NCBI GenBank assembly: GCA_010093815.1
Contig: ML996582.1
Direction: 5' to 3' (one strand)
Length of the DNA stretch: 64,000 bases
Source: Pseudovirgaria hyperparasitica
Lineage: Eukaryota
Positions 49,459-61,516 of this stretch are shown piece after piece. The notes beneath the pieces were generated by a model. It was not told the origin of the DNA and did no database searches. It saw nothing but the letters and a program-made list of their open reading frames with translations. A program made the translations under genes and the position numbers. Each line of letters begins with the position of its first letter. Position 1 is the stretch's first letter.

Positions 49459-50883
49459 TCATCGCGGCGGCAGCGGCGGCGGCGCCGGATAAAGGCGCAG
49501 CGGCGAATCCATCAGCGTCTCACCCGCGTTCGCGCCCTTCCGGAACGGGCCCTCATTCTCCTTATCTGCGGATCCACCGACGCTCGAGGAAGGGAGGGGG
49601 CATATGTCCATGGCGTCGGGGGGAGGGATCGGGGGTTGCGATGGCCTTGCTGCTTGTGTGATTGCCTCCTCTTTCTTGTTTTGAGACGCGGTGTTTTGGA
49701 TGAGTTGGATGTATGGATGGAGGGGCTGGGATGGCTGGAGGGGGACGATGCCTCGGGAGGCCCAGAGCTTGTGCATGTCTGCTGCGGATTGTGCTCGGGC
49801 TCTGTTCAGGGCTATGTTGGATTTTCCGTGCTGGGTCTGGGTCTTGTGCTGATGCTGATGCTGATGCTGATGCTGATGCAGCTGCATCTTCGTCGGATCG
49901 AGCGTGACGGGCGTGCGTTTGGCGACCTGGTCTGCGAAATCCTTCGAGCTGCTCGCAGCGACAGCCTGCTTATCCGACGCCATCGACGGGCCGAAAACAC
50001 CTGCGTTCATAAACTCCAACAAGTTGCCCTCCTCGGGCTTCAGCACACCGCCATGTTTCCGAGCGTATACGTGCTGGGCAATGAGCTGCTTCGCCTCGTC
50101 GCTGAGGGTGTACACGATCCGATGCCAGCCCTTCTGGAGCCAAAGGGCCAGCTGTACCCAGGCGTAGTTTTCTTGCGTGATGGGCGTGGGATCGAGGCAC
50201 CATTCGCGCTGAATGCAGGTAATGTGTTTGGTGTAAGCGCACCATTCGACGTACATGGAGGTGCCCGCGGCGATGTCGGAGTCTTGGTTGGTCCACGAGT
50301 CTTTCTTGGAGAGCGGGATTGGGCGGTGGTCGGCCCAGAACTGGGAGCGCAGAGCTTTGAGGCTCATTTGGAATCCCATTGGGCGTACGGTGTTGGAGGT
50401 GAGGTCGGAGGATATTGTGGTTTGGAAGTAGAAGTCTGTTGCTTCGAGGGCGTGGTTCTTGGGGTCAGCGCGGAAACATAGGAGATGGGCGGCGAGGTTC
50501 GGAGGGAAGTGTTCGAGGCCGTCAATGGAGGTCGACTGCATGATTGGGACTCTGGAGAGATATCTTGGCTCCGCAGGGGGGATGCTGAGGATGGATTTGT
50601 CCCAATCTTCTTGAGAGACCTTCAGAGTTGCGATCTGATCGACAGACGTCAAGTCGAACGTAGAGTCAAGAGGATACATGTCAGCAGTGGCCTTGGATGG
50701 CATTTGAATAGTGTTGGGCGCAGTGTAGGTGGAAGGCAGGTGAGAGAGAGGAGGATCGAAGTGGCTGCCGTGTTTCCAACCAGGCGGCCGCGACTCCAGT
50801 CGAATGGAGTGATACGTTTTGGGAGTCTCAAGTGACATTGTACCGGAAGGAGGAGAGAAACGTGATCGATAGGGGTCGGTCAT
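49459..50883 (-). CDS. Hypothetical protein, 474 aa
   Basis: ATG-initiated intronless ORF with TATATATA ~30 bp upstream; Trp/Tyr-containing central region, (HQ)n run and Pro-rich tail. No family recognised. Confidence 0.7.
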   Translation of the reverse strand: MTDPYRSRFSPPSGTMSLETPKTYHSIRLESRPPGWKHGSHFDPPLSHLPSTYTAPNTIQMPSKATADMYPLDSTFDLTSVDQIATLKVSQEDWDKSILSIPPAEPRYLSRVPIMQSTSIDGLEHFPPNLAAHLLCFRADPKNHALEATDFYFQTTISSDLTSNTVRPMGFQMSLKALRSQFWADHRPIPLSKKDSWTNQDSDIAAGTSMYVEWCAYTKHITCIQREWCLDPTPITQENYAWVQLALWLQKGWHRIVYTLSDEAKQLIAQHVYARKHGGVLKPEEGNLLEFMNAGVFGPSMASDKQAVAASSSKDFADQVAKRTPVTLDPTKMQLHQHQHQHQHQHKTQTQHGKSNIALNRARAQSAADMHKLWASRGIVPLQPSQPLHPYIQLIQNTASQNKKEEAITQAARPSQPPIPPPDAMDICPLPSSSVGGSADKENEGPFRKGANAGETLMDSPLRLYPAPPPLPPR

Positions 50884-51168
50884 TCACCAGGGCGAGTGAA
50901 AACGGGTGTTTATATATATGGAAAGTGATTCAGAGCGCGAGTTCAGAGCGCAGTTCCACGTGACGCCGGGCAGTTGCGGTGACAAAACATGGAACAACAC
51001 AATGCACCACTACATCACTGGTACGGCAGTAAGAGGTCTTGTACAGATTGGGTGACTCGCTTAGTGATGATATACGAACCTGTCACCACATACACCTTTG
51101 GTATCATGTCAAACTCCGTCAATGCATCCGCTACCAAAGCACTTTTTCGACTAGATATGAGATCAATC

Positions 51169-53813
51169 TCATGAAGTAGACCTGGCCTTCCACTCTTCAT
51201 GCAGTTTCTTCTGCTTCTCCCACTCCTTCTTCAGCTTCTTTGTCTTATTCTTCGGGATCTCATCGCCCTTGGCGTCTTTTGTGGGCAGGCCCTCGTCGTC
51301 CCATGCTGAGTATTCTTTTGTTTTGTACATGTCCAGATGGCTCAGCTTTGCTTGCTCCAGCTTCTTAGCTGCCTTCTCTGCCTCCTCCTTCTCGCGCTTG
51401 GCCTTGGCGTCCTTCTTCGCCTGCTCGCGCGCTTCCTTGTCAGCTCGCTCGGCGACCAGTTGCTGGTCTACAGGGCGAACCATTGCAGGCTGCCCTCCCT
51501 CACGATCTTCGAGGTATATGCCAAGATCCCAGAGTTGAACGTCTCGGAGCTTGTCGCAAAGCGCGAGATAGTCCTTAGACGGAGCGCTTTTGGAGCCAAG
51601 GGCCCTGACGTCTTCTTGGAACTGGCTAAGAACTTCTGCATACGGGACTGCGTTCATCTCCTGATGTTTCGCCGCAACGTCCTCTGACGCAAGCCTCTCT
51701 ACTTCCTCGCTCGAGATCTGACCAGCAATTGCTCGCCGTCTAATCTCGTCGCGGAGTTTGGCGGCTGGGTAGATGAACTGCTTGGCGACGTCTGGAATGT
51801 CAGCACCTGCCCAGCCAATGGCGTTGGCAGCATCCACACGAGCAGATCCGTTAAGACCAAACACGGTCACTATGTTGGTGATCCATCGAGCTGCACTCAG
51901 CACAGTCTCTGGCGACAGCATCTCTTTCTCTCTGGCATTGTACTGTGTGATGAGCTGAGAGATGGTGCGCATGGCAGCTGGGGTATCGAAAGAATCGCAA
52001 AGCGCAACATCCAGTGCCGACTGCGCTGAGCTCAAGGCCTCAGCGAGCGCAGAGTCGGCGTCCGCGTTCGGCGTGCTCGTCTTGGGGTTTCTTTGGAGGT
52101 CTTGTGCTTTCAAGAAGAAGTTCTGCACCTTGTCCTCCCACGACTCGCCAGCCTTGACGAGCTCAGGGGTAATCTCAACACCGTCGTGCCAGCCGCCTAA
52201 GTGAGTCAGCCTTGCAAACAGTAACAACGTGATAAGTTGGAATTACCTAGTAGAAAGACAATCCGTAGGCCGCGAGGCGTCCACTCGCCTCGCTGCAGCG
52301 CCTCTCGGATTGTCGTAAAGTTCTTCAGACTCTTGCTCATCTTCGAGCCAGAGATGGACAGATGGCCCATATGCAGAAAGTAATTGACCCATTGATGCGT
52401 ACCATCACCATGATCATGCCCATGTCCAGTTTCTTGATTCGCCCAGAACGCCTCGCTCTGAGCGAGCTCATTGTCGTGGTGAGGGAAGGCGAGGTCGATA
52501 CCGCCACTGTGAATGTCAATCTTCGGGCCTAGTACATCCGACGCCATAGCTGAGCACTCAATATGCCACCCGGGCCGCCCTTGACCCCATGGACTAGGCC
52601 AGTACGGCTCGCCCGGCTTCGAGGACTTCCAAAGCGCGAAATCGGCATCTGATCGCTTCTCCGATGTCTTGTTCGTCAGAGAACCTTCGCCGTCCGCCTG
52701 TAGTTCCTGGTTTCCGCGATTCCACGGTTCCAGGCGAGAGTAGTTATTTCCGGCCTTCTCGAAGGCGTCAATGTCAAAGTACACCGAGCCGTCTGAGGTC
52801 GCATAGCCGAAGCTGTTCTTCTCAATCTTCTGCACGAAATCTACTATCTGAGGACCGTATTCGGTCACGCGTGTGAGCACATCTGGATCCAGGCAGTTCA
52901 ATGCCCGAACGTCTTCCATGAAGCGGTCCTCGAACTTCTTCGTTAGCTTCGTGAAGATGCTGTGGTCGCTTGTGTCGAGCGCGGCGCCGTACAGACTATC
53001 TAGATATGGCAGTAGCACATCCTCCGCCCTGGCATAGAACTCTGCCGGCTTAATCTTCTTTGACGTGTCCGATGCGCTGCTCAACACCTCTGCCGCCGAT
53101 GTAGCAGTCTTGATGTGCATCTTGACCTTCGCCTCCTTGTCCCCAGCCGGCCCATCTCCTTCCAGAGCACCACCAAACAGCACTTTCTGATATACACGCA
53201 TCGACTCTGCAGGGAAGTGTTGCGGGTCGACTCCCTCCGGCAGCTCCTTCAAGTTCTTCTTGATATATGCGGCGTACGCCTTTGTCGTGGTGTCGAGCAC
53301 CTCCTCGTCAATCTCCTTGTGCTTTTCCACAAACTCCCCAAACAAGTGCTGCTGCCGGCCCCTGAGAATAATCTTATCATCCACGTCTGTAATGTTCATG
53401 ACGAACTTCATGTCGAATTTGAAGTAGTCCCGCATGATCCGCCGAATGATATCGGTAGAGACATAGTTGCGTGCATGTCCTAGATGGGCGTCATCGTATA
53501 CCGTCGGCCCGCAAGCATACCATGTCACGGCCTTGCCTGCGGGATCGAGAGGCGTGAAGGGCGTCTTGCTGCGCGTCAGGGAATTGTACACTTTGAGCGC
53601 CGGCAGCGTCTCTGCTTTGGACTGCGTCTTTGGGTCTTGCCACACGGGCTGCTGACGAGTGGTCGCCATGGTGCGGATCGGAGGGAGAGGAGTGTGGAAA
53701 GGCAGACTGGGGAAGATTCGACGTTTTATCAGAGCGGGCCTGGCGAATGAGTCAACTGGAGAATGAGTCGGTCGGAAAGCTGCAGCGCGGAGAGTGAATG
53801 AGAGAAAGCGCAT
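51169..53813 (-). CDS. CRS1: Cysteinyl-tRNA synthetase (alternative starts at 53813 and 53669)
   Basis: WYACGPTVYDDAHLGHAR (HIGH), MNITDVDDKII, DFALWK, GRPGWHIECS, DLAFPHH and KMSKS. Intron 52246-52197. Confidence 0.96.
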
Positions 53814-54097
53814 CAGCAGGCTTCAGGACGGACGACACTTGGGGACAACAGAACAAGGTCGCAAATAGGGAGTAGATATACAGCGTCAGAGAACAAACAG
53901 ACCAGAATTCACTCACTCTCAATACTATACACACGAACACATGCAGTGCGGATTTATCCCCCGCTACTCCCAGCCCTACGCACAGACCCTCCACGAGCTC
54001 CCCATCCCATACAGCTCCTCTCGATATTTTTCCTCTACCAGAACACAACCTCTCAACCACCAACACCACCACCACATCACCAACCCAAACACCCACA

Positions 54098-55756
54098 ATG
54101 CCGCCTCACGAGCCCTCACCCTTCCTCGACCCAGGCCCCTCGTCCACGCCCTCGACCCTCGGCATAATCCACCTCAAACGCGACCTCCTCGTGCCCACGA
54201 TCCTGAGCACATCCACGCCGTCCGCCACAAGCGACTACGCCGAGGGCATCGTGACGAACACACGCTTCGGCTCATTTCCACACTCCACGCTGCTGCATAT
54301 CCCATGGGGCACACAGGTGCGCGCGTCGAAAGTCGACACGGGCAGCCGCGGCAACAGAGACAAGAGCAGCTGCAACAACAGCAACCACGGGAAGAAGCGT
54401 AAGCGCGGTGCTGGTGCTGGGGCTGGAAGAGAGAGCACACAGGACGCAGACGGGGAGGATGTAAAGGCGGCCGTGGTAGCGAGTACGGGGTTCGCGCACC
54501 TACTGCCTCCAACGCCCGAAGCATGGACGCTGAGCCTACCGCATCGCACACAGGTAGTGTACACGCCAGACTACAGCTACGTACTACAACGACTGCGCGT
54601 GCGACCTGGCGATACGCTGATCGAGGCCGGTGCGGGCAGCGGGTCGTTCTCCCACGCCGCAGCGCGCGCAGTCTTCAATGGCTATCCATGGGAATCACAA
54701 GAGCCGAGCGAAGACACAACACAGGGCGCGAAGGACAGCACGACGAAACCGCCAACGAAGAAGAAGAAACCAGGCAAAGTATACAGCTTTGAGTACCACG
54801 AACCACGCGCAACCAAACTCCGCGAAGAAATCAAAGACCACGGCCTCGACTCCATAATCCGCGTCACACACCGCGACGTCTACCAAGACGGCTTCTGCCT
54901 CCCCCCACCCGACAACAACACAACCACAACAACCACCCCCAAAGCCGACGCAATCTTCCTCGACCTCCCCGCCCCCTGGCTCGCCCTCAAACACCTCACC
55001 CGCACCTCCACATCCAGCACCCCCTCCCCCCTAAACCCCCTCTCAACAACCCGCATCTGCACCTTCTCCCCCTGCATCGAACAAGTCACCAAAACCGCCG
55101 CCGCCCTGCGCGCCCACGGCTGGACAGACATCGACATGCTCGAACTCGCCCATCGCCGCATCGACGTCCGCCGCGAGCGCGTCGGCCTCGCTGAGGAGGG
55201 CCTGCGTGGGAGTAATGCCAGTCCCGCGACTGTGCATGAGGCGCTCGGCCGGATGCGGGTGCTTGAGGCGCGGCATCAGGCGCATCGGGCGGCGGGGGGG
55301 AAGGGGGCTGCTGGGAAGGGGACTGGGAAGGGGAAGAATGGGGAGGGGAAGAAGATGAAGGAGGGTGGGAATGGGAAGGAAAATGGAAAGGGAGAGAAGA
55401 AGAAAGGCACGCGTGACGTCGACAACCACGAAGATGAAGCTAGCCCCAACGACGACGACGCAGCAGCAGCAGATATCACAGGCAACACCACCACCACCGA
55501 CCGCAAACTATGGAAAGAAGGCCGCCTCGTCCACCGCACGGAGACAGAGCTCAAGACGCACACTTCATACCTTCTCTTCGCGGTCCTGCCGCGCGAGTGG
55601 ACGGCTGCGGACGAGGCGCGGTGTGCGAGGCGGTGGCCTGTTGGGGCTGGTGGTGGTGGTGCAGGTGGTGTTGGTGGTGGTGATGGTGGTGGTGGTGATG
55701 GAGGTGGTGGTGCTGAAGTGCAGGCACCGCAGACGAAAAAGGTCAAGACTAGATAG
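54098..55756 (+). CDS. TRM61: tRNA (adenine-58-N1)-methyltransferase catalytic subunit Trm61/Gcd14, 552 aa
   Basis: PTPEAWTLSLPHRTQVVYTPD, IEAGAGSGSFSH, AIFLDLPAPW, FSPCIEQV and THTSYLLFA. Confidence 0.95.
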   Translation: MPPHEPSPFLDPGPSSTPSTLGIIHLKRDLLVPTILSTSTPSATSDYAEGIVTNTRFGSFPHSTLLHIPWGTQVRASKVDTGSRGNRDKSSCNNSNHGKKRKRGAGAGAGRESTQDADGEDVKAAVVASTGFAHLLPPTPEAWTLSLPHRTQVVYTPDYSYVLQRLRVRPGDTLIEAGAGSGSFSHAAARAVFNGYPWESQEPSEDTTQGAKDSTTKPPTKKKKPGKVYSFEYHEPRATKLREEIKDHGLDSIIRVTHRDVYQDGFCLPPPDNNTTTTTTPKADAIFLDLPAPWLALKHLTRTSTSSTPSPLNPLSTTRICTFSPCIEQVTKTAAALRAHGWTDIDMLELAHRRIDVRRERVGLAEEGLRGSNASPATVHEALGRMRVLEARHQAHRAAGGKGAAGKGTGKGKNGEGKKMKEGGNGKENGKGEKKKGTRDVDNHEDEASPNDDDAAAADITGNTTTTDRKLWKEGRLVHRTETELKTHTSYLLFAVLPREWTAADEARCARRWPVGAGGGGAGGVGGGDGGGGDGGGGAEVQAPQTKKVKTR

Positions 55757-55933
55757 GTCGATGGGTAGATATGGATGGGTAGGGAGGGAGATGAGGAATT
55801 CAGGCCTGCGTGGCTGACTGGCTGGCTGGATGGCTGGATGGATGAGATGGCCTGGTTCTGGTATACGCATGCATGCATGTAGGAAGTAGGCAAGTAGGCA
55901 AGCAAGCAAGCAAGCAAGCATCTCAACGCATCT

Positions 55934-57514
55934 CTACAACCTCCGCATTCCCCCCTTTCCCATTCCCATCCCCATCCCCAAGCCTCCCCCCTTCCACTTC
56001 CCACCCCCATTCAATTTCCCCTTCCCCCTCCCCCTCCCCCCACCATCCGCACTCCCCAGACCCAACCCCATATACCCCCTCCCGCGCGGCCTCACCCCCT
56101 CACTAACCGGCATCTCCACCTCATACCAGTCCTCGAACCTCGCCCTCTCCTCCTCAAACCTCCCCTTAACCCTTCCCTCCATACCCCCCTCTCCCTCCCC
56201 ACCATCCACAATCCCCCCCTCTCCCTCCCCCCCCAAAACCCCCCTCACCCCGCGAAAAAACCCCTCCAAACAAGCCAAATTATGCACCTGCACCAGCGTC
56301 CAAGCCAACATCTCCCCGGCAGCAAGCAAATGATGCACATATGCGCGATGATGGCGCGCACAGGTATAACACGCGCAACCGGCCTGCAGCGGGGCGGTGG
56401 AGAGGGCGTGTGCGGTGGGGTTCCAGAGGGATGTGCCGAGGGGGTGTTTCTCTGCTTGTTGTTGTTGTGAATCTGATTCTGAATCTGATTTTGATTCTGG
56501 CGAGGCCCCCCGAGGCGCAGGAAAGGTGAAAGTCAGCGCGATGCCGGCGTCCGTGGCGGTGCTGAGAAAGGGGGCGAGAGTGAGGTCTGCGCCGAGGGCG
56601 ATGGAGTGGAGGAGTTGGGATGGGGAGTGTGCGGGGGCGAGGCAGAGGCGGGGGAGGTGCGTGAGGGGTTGCGGAAGAGCGGGGATGGCGGAGGGGTCGT
56701 AGATGGCGAGACCGGCGGGGAGGGCGTGCCCTTCTCCATCACCGTGTCCGTCGTCAGTGACGGCGTCGAGCAAAGAATCCAAATACCAGCGCTGCGCCTC
56801 GACGGGCAGCGGCAACACAGCCGCGAAAACAGCATAGTCGCCCCCTACTCTCCCCTTCGCGCGTTGCAGATCCGTCAGCCATGAAGCGGTGCGATCGAGC
56901 ATTTTGACGCGGCGCTTGAGGCTGGGCGCGGGGTTGCCGTGGGGGATATCGGCGGGGGCGACGAGGATGTCTGGGTTGAGGGATGGGGCGGCGGCGGAGA
57001 TGTATGTGGCTATGGACAGGGCGGAGAAGCCTACGGAGGTGCAGATTGCGAGGGAGGAGGATGAGTTTGGGTTTGGGGAGGGGATGGGGGAGAGGCGGCG
57101 GGGGGCGAGGATGGAGAGGGTGGTGTCTGGGAGGGCGGTGAAGGTGCGGAGGGTGGAGGAGGGGGATGTGGTCGTGGGTTGGAGGTATATCGGGGGTGTT
57201 TTGAGGGGTGCTTTTTCGACGACTAGGAGGGGTGTTAGTGGTAATTAGTGGTGATTGAGTTATGCTGGCGGCGGCGTACAGTCTTCCAGCGCGACGTACA
57301 CGCCCTTGACATCTGTGTGCCTGCGGAACGTGTCTTGTGTGATGTGTGGTATGACGCCTCGTGAGGTATCCGCGATGTAGTGCGGGGTCTCGAGTGTGTT
57401 TCGGGCATCGTGAGTGAGGAGTCCGAGGCGCGGACCGGAGGTGGATGCGCTGCCGGCGAGGATCGTGAAGCGGAGCGGGTCGGGGGATCTTTCGGGGCCG
57501 CTAGGATCGGACAT
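55934..57514 (-). CDS. Queuine tRNA-ribosyltransferase family protein, probably the accessory subunit (QTRT2-like), ~507 aa
   Basis: RLGLL..ETPHYIADTSRGVIPH N-terminus; intron 57279-57223; Zn-site CACYTC..HHRAYVHHLL..EMLAWTLVQVHN. Confidence 0.85.
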
Positions 57515-57756
57515 GTTTGTGGTGGGTGGTCACCAGTATGTGGCGATTGGTTGTGGGTTGTTGTGCGCGAGGTGGTAGATGGATGTTGGAGTCCAATTCG
57601 CAATCGATACGGAATCCGTGGATGCGCGCGCCGACCCGCGGATCAAACGCGCAATCACGTGTACACAACCCAGCTCTAAATTACTCTTCCAAAAGCATGA
57701 GTATAAAGTCAAAAGTAACTCATAAGACATATACCATCTGCTTTTATTTGCTTGTG

Positions 57757-57792
57757 ATCACGCGTCAGGTCTGTAATCACGCGTCAGGTCTG
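57757..57792. promoter_or_regulatory. Direct repeat of ATCACGCGTCAGGTCTG, each copy containing ACGCGT (MCB-like)
   Basis: Copies at 57757-57773 and 57776-57792, ~245 bp upstream of the QTRT2-like ATG. The regulatory role is inferred. Confidence 0.4.
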
Positions 57793-58406
57793 CAGTGCTA
57801 GAATACCCAAGAATATATTTCCTTTTACTTTGTTCCATTCAACCACGACATCCTCTTCTCGCCCAGGCGGTTACGTTTCTTCGCGACTTGGAAGAAGAAG
57901 CAAACAAACCATGATATGTACAACAAACTGCCTTCAGTCTTCCATCATACCATCCTGACCGCACAACCTGATATGGCCCGTGCAGTACTTTCAAACCCAG
58001 AGGGAAATAACGCAAAGAGATACCGCCTTTCGAAGCTACAACGGCTTCGCCCAAGCACGAAAAGACAAAAGAACAGTGAGTGAGTGGTCCTGGCGACGCA
58101 GCCTGAACGCCCACCTTTGCCGTTTTGACATGACGAAACCAGCGATCGTGAATGCCCCACGGGCATGTGAAAAGATCTTCTGTAACACAACTGTAGAAGC
58201 GAAAATAACCGAGTCCCTTAATAATTGGACTGGGGTGTGGGATATAAGACTCGGCCTGAGCAGTCAATGCTCATCTGCCGGGCGTCGAATTATGCGTATT
58301 TGTTCTCGCAGGTTTTGGATGTGACTACTGCCGTCAGATTGGTACAATCCAATAAGATATCGAGCCAGCGCACGGCTCCCGGAATACGTGGTTGGTAGAA
58401 GGTCTT

Positions 58407-59765
58407 CTAGTGACCGCCAGTGAGGCTGGTGGGGTCGGATGAAGCGTCGTCCGGGTAGACGTAGAAGGCGAGGGCAATGATGATGTAGGTGCCGAGACAC
58501 ATGGCGCCCTCCAAGTAGTTGCTCTTGCCGTCCTGAATCAGGTAGTTGACGACCAAGACACTGAGGAAGAAGACGACCGTCTCGAAGAGCTGGAAGTGGA
58601 GGGTCATGTTGATGTCCATGATCCATCCGAGAATGACCATGAATGGCGTGACGAAAAGCGCAATCTGCATGGAGCTACCAATGGCAACACCCACGGCCAA
58701 GTCCATCTTGCTCTTGTACGCAACCACGACGGCCGTGACGTGCTCGGCTGCATTTCCAACAATGGGCAGCAGCACAAGACCGATAAAGGTCTTGGACACT
58801 TTCCCTGTCGCGACAATGCCTTCAATGCTTCCGACGAGATATTCAGCACACACTGCTGTGATGATCGTGATGACCGCAAGAGCGATACCAGCCGGAATGG
58901 GCCCTAGGACTTGAGCTTCTGCATGTTCCTCGTTTCCATTCTCGTCAGACGCTTGTTCCTCGTCAAACAAGTGCGCGTGACTCTTCAATTGGAAGTACAG
59001 GTAGAGAACGTAGAGAATGAGGAGGATGATGGAGGTGCCGTGAGACAAAAGGAGGATATTGTCGTTGGAGCTCTCCTTGGAGTCACGTAGCGCGGCGTAC
59101 AAGGTGGCAGGGATGATCAGCGAAGCCGAGGCGACAGCCATAAGCGACGACATGGTCGATGCGACGGTCGAGTTGAACTTCTGCTCTGGCTTGGCGATGC
59201 CACCAGCAATAAAACAGCACCCAAGCACGAGGAGGATGTTGGAGAGGATGCTGCCGAGCATACTAGACTGGACGATTCTGACCTCATTCTTCCTCAGCGC
59301 AACAATGGAGACCTAGATAGACGCATTAGTTATATGCCTGAGTATGATTGGCGCATCTCTTACAATCAGCTCTACGGCATTGCCAAACGTCGCATTCAAC
59401 AGACCACCAAGTGTTTGACCAACATGCACAGATATCTCTTCCGTCGCAAAGGCCAACAGCGATGCCAACGGGATGATGGCCAAGAAGTTGAGAATGAAGA
59501 CAGCAGTGGAGCTCCAACCAAGCTCGCCAGAGATGATACCCAGAGGCACGAATACCAGTAGCACGTTGACGTAGTTGCTTGCCAAAGTCTTCCAGGTGGT
59601 ATAGAGGATTAACATTGGCCACTTGACCCAGGCGCGATCGTCTTTGAGGTGCCACCTGTCGCCGTCATCGGTATGGGAATGGTTTCCGCCTCCTGGTAGC
59701 AAGGGATCCCTCTCGCCGGATGCTCCATCGACATGGCCATTCGGGCCATTCGGTCTTCCAGGCAT
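58407..59765 (-). CDS. VCX1: Vacuolar Ca2+/H+ exchanger (CAX family), ~435 aa
   Basis: Alpha-repeat motifs [12 protein letters not shown] and [23 protein letters not shown]; intron 59363-59313. Confidence 0.93.
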
Positions 59766-61516
59766 GTTCCTTTGCCGCTGAGATTCGTCAATTGTATCCT
59801 TGCGACGGGAAATCTTGTTGGATTTTTTCTTGTAGATATCTAGACAGCGCCGGATAGGCGCGCAATATTAGTCTTGGCTTTCTTCGTGGGTGGTGAAGTG
59901 TGGTGCAAGATGGATCGCGCGGTTCGCGGAAGAGGGAGGTGGTATGAGGCAGCGTACTACGAGAGAGGGAGACACAACGTTAAAAGAACAATGAGGGATA
60001 TACAAGAATTAATGTGTGGGTGGTGAGAGTGGTTGGCAGAGTGATAGTATGGATAGAGTACCACGAATTGGAGGTGGTGGGAGGTTGAAGGACAGGGTAA
60101 GACGTACGCATAGCTGGCTGTGAGAGAGAGCGACGAAAGAGTCGAGATGGAGGAAGACTGGCGGCGCTCAAGCACAAATAAGAGGAGCAGAAAGACGGTA
60201 TGTTGAACAGGAGGTACCTTGGACCGTGGACAGGGCCGATGAAGATGATGGTGCAGGCCGGGTCTTGGCTTTGGGAGGAGGATGTCTTGGGGTTGATGAA
60301 GGAAGGGCACAAAGAAGGGTTCAGGTTAGTTAAGATACGTGGTAATTAGCGGCTTTGATGCACAGCGAAGGGGGGGGGGTGATGTTCAACGGAATGCAAA
60401 GAATCAGGAATGAATGAATGAATTAGACAGAATATGTACCAAGCAAAAGCCCCGACGAATGATGCAGGTAATAGTAGAGAGAGACGCCGCAAAAAGAGTC
60501 GCACGCTGCTAACCTGAAGCTTCAAAAGTCGCTGGTTGGCGGTGGTGAGGTCAGAACGGGTGGTGTTGGGCGGTGATGCCAGCTCCGGCCAATCAGCGTG
60601 CAGTACTGACTCTTGGCATTTGGGCTATGCAAAACAGCTCCTTCGACGCCATCCATGTCATGCGAGACTGCGTCACTCTCGCTCTCTTCTTCTTCATTAA
60701 CTGGAAGTGTTGCGAGCCCTGCACCTAACGCTTACTAACAACGACACAGCTCGCATCGGCAACTTGGACGGTAGATGATGGTATCGACTACAGTCTCATC
60801 ATATATATATGTAGTAGACATATAGCGCGCTATAAAAGAAAGAGAGTCATCATAGAACAAGTCTAGGTCTATTCATCCAAGATCATCATACATTCTGGCT
60901 AATTATACTAATTAATTACCACTACCAAAAGCGAGCGGAAAAGAACTGGCCCGCCAGAGCCAAGAAGACCGCTACTAATTAACTACCCAAGCTAACCTCA
61001 TCAATGCATCACGTAGGCGTGTGTGGCTGAACATCCCAAGCACACGCTTGGCAGGGCAGAATACCCTTCTTTCGCTCCCAAGATGCTTGGGAATAAGGCG
61101 CAGTTCAAGTAATTGCGTGTGTGCTCTTGTAATAGAGAAAGAGAGAAAAGAAGGTGGCGAGGTAAATATCACCTCACTCACTCACTAATAGTTAGTTCTA
61201 CGTAGCTCAAGGTAGATGGATGGCTTCTTACATACATTCCCGTCGTCATCCGGTCGCGAGAAAAACCTCGCTGAACAAACAGCCCTGGAATGAATGCCGA
61301 ACCAATACAGATACCAAAGACAGCTGCCCTCAAGAAGAAAAAATAAATGCTTTGCAGGGTGTCAATCGAGTACTCCTTATCGCGCCACACTGCGCGAGCT
61401 TGTTGCCGTCTACGCGCCTGTCCAAGAAATGCTCATTTGGGACTCCGCTATCATTAACCATCATACCGTAGAAAGACTCCGTATAACGACTAACAAAAAA
61501 CCGTGTTGCATCACTC

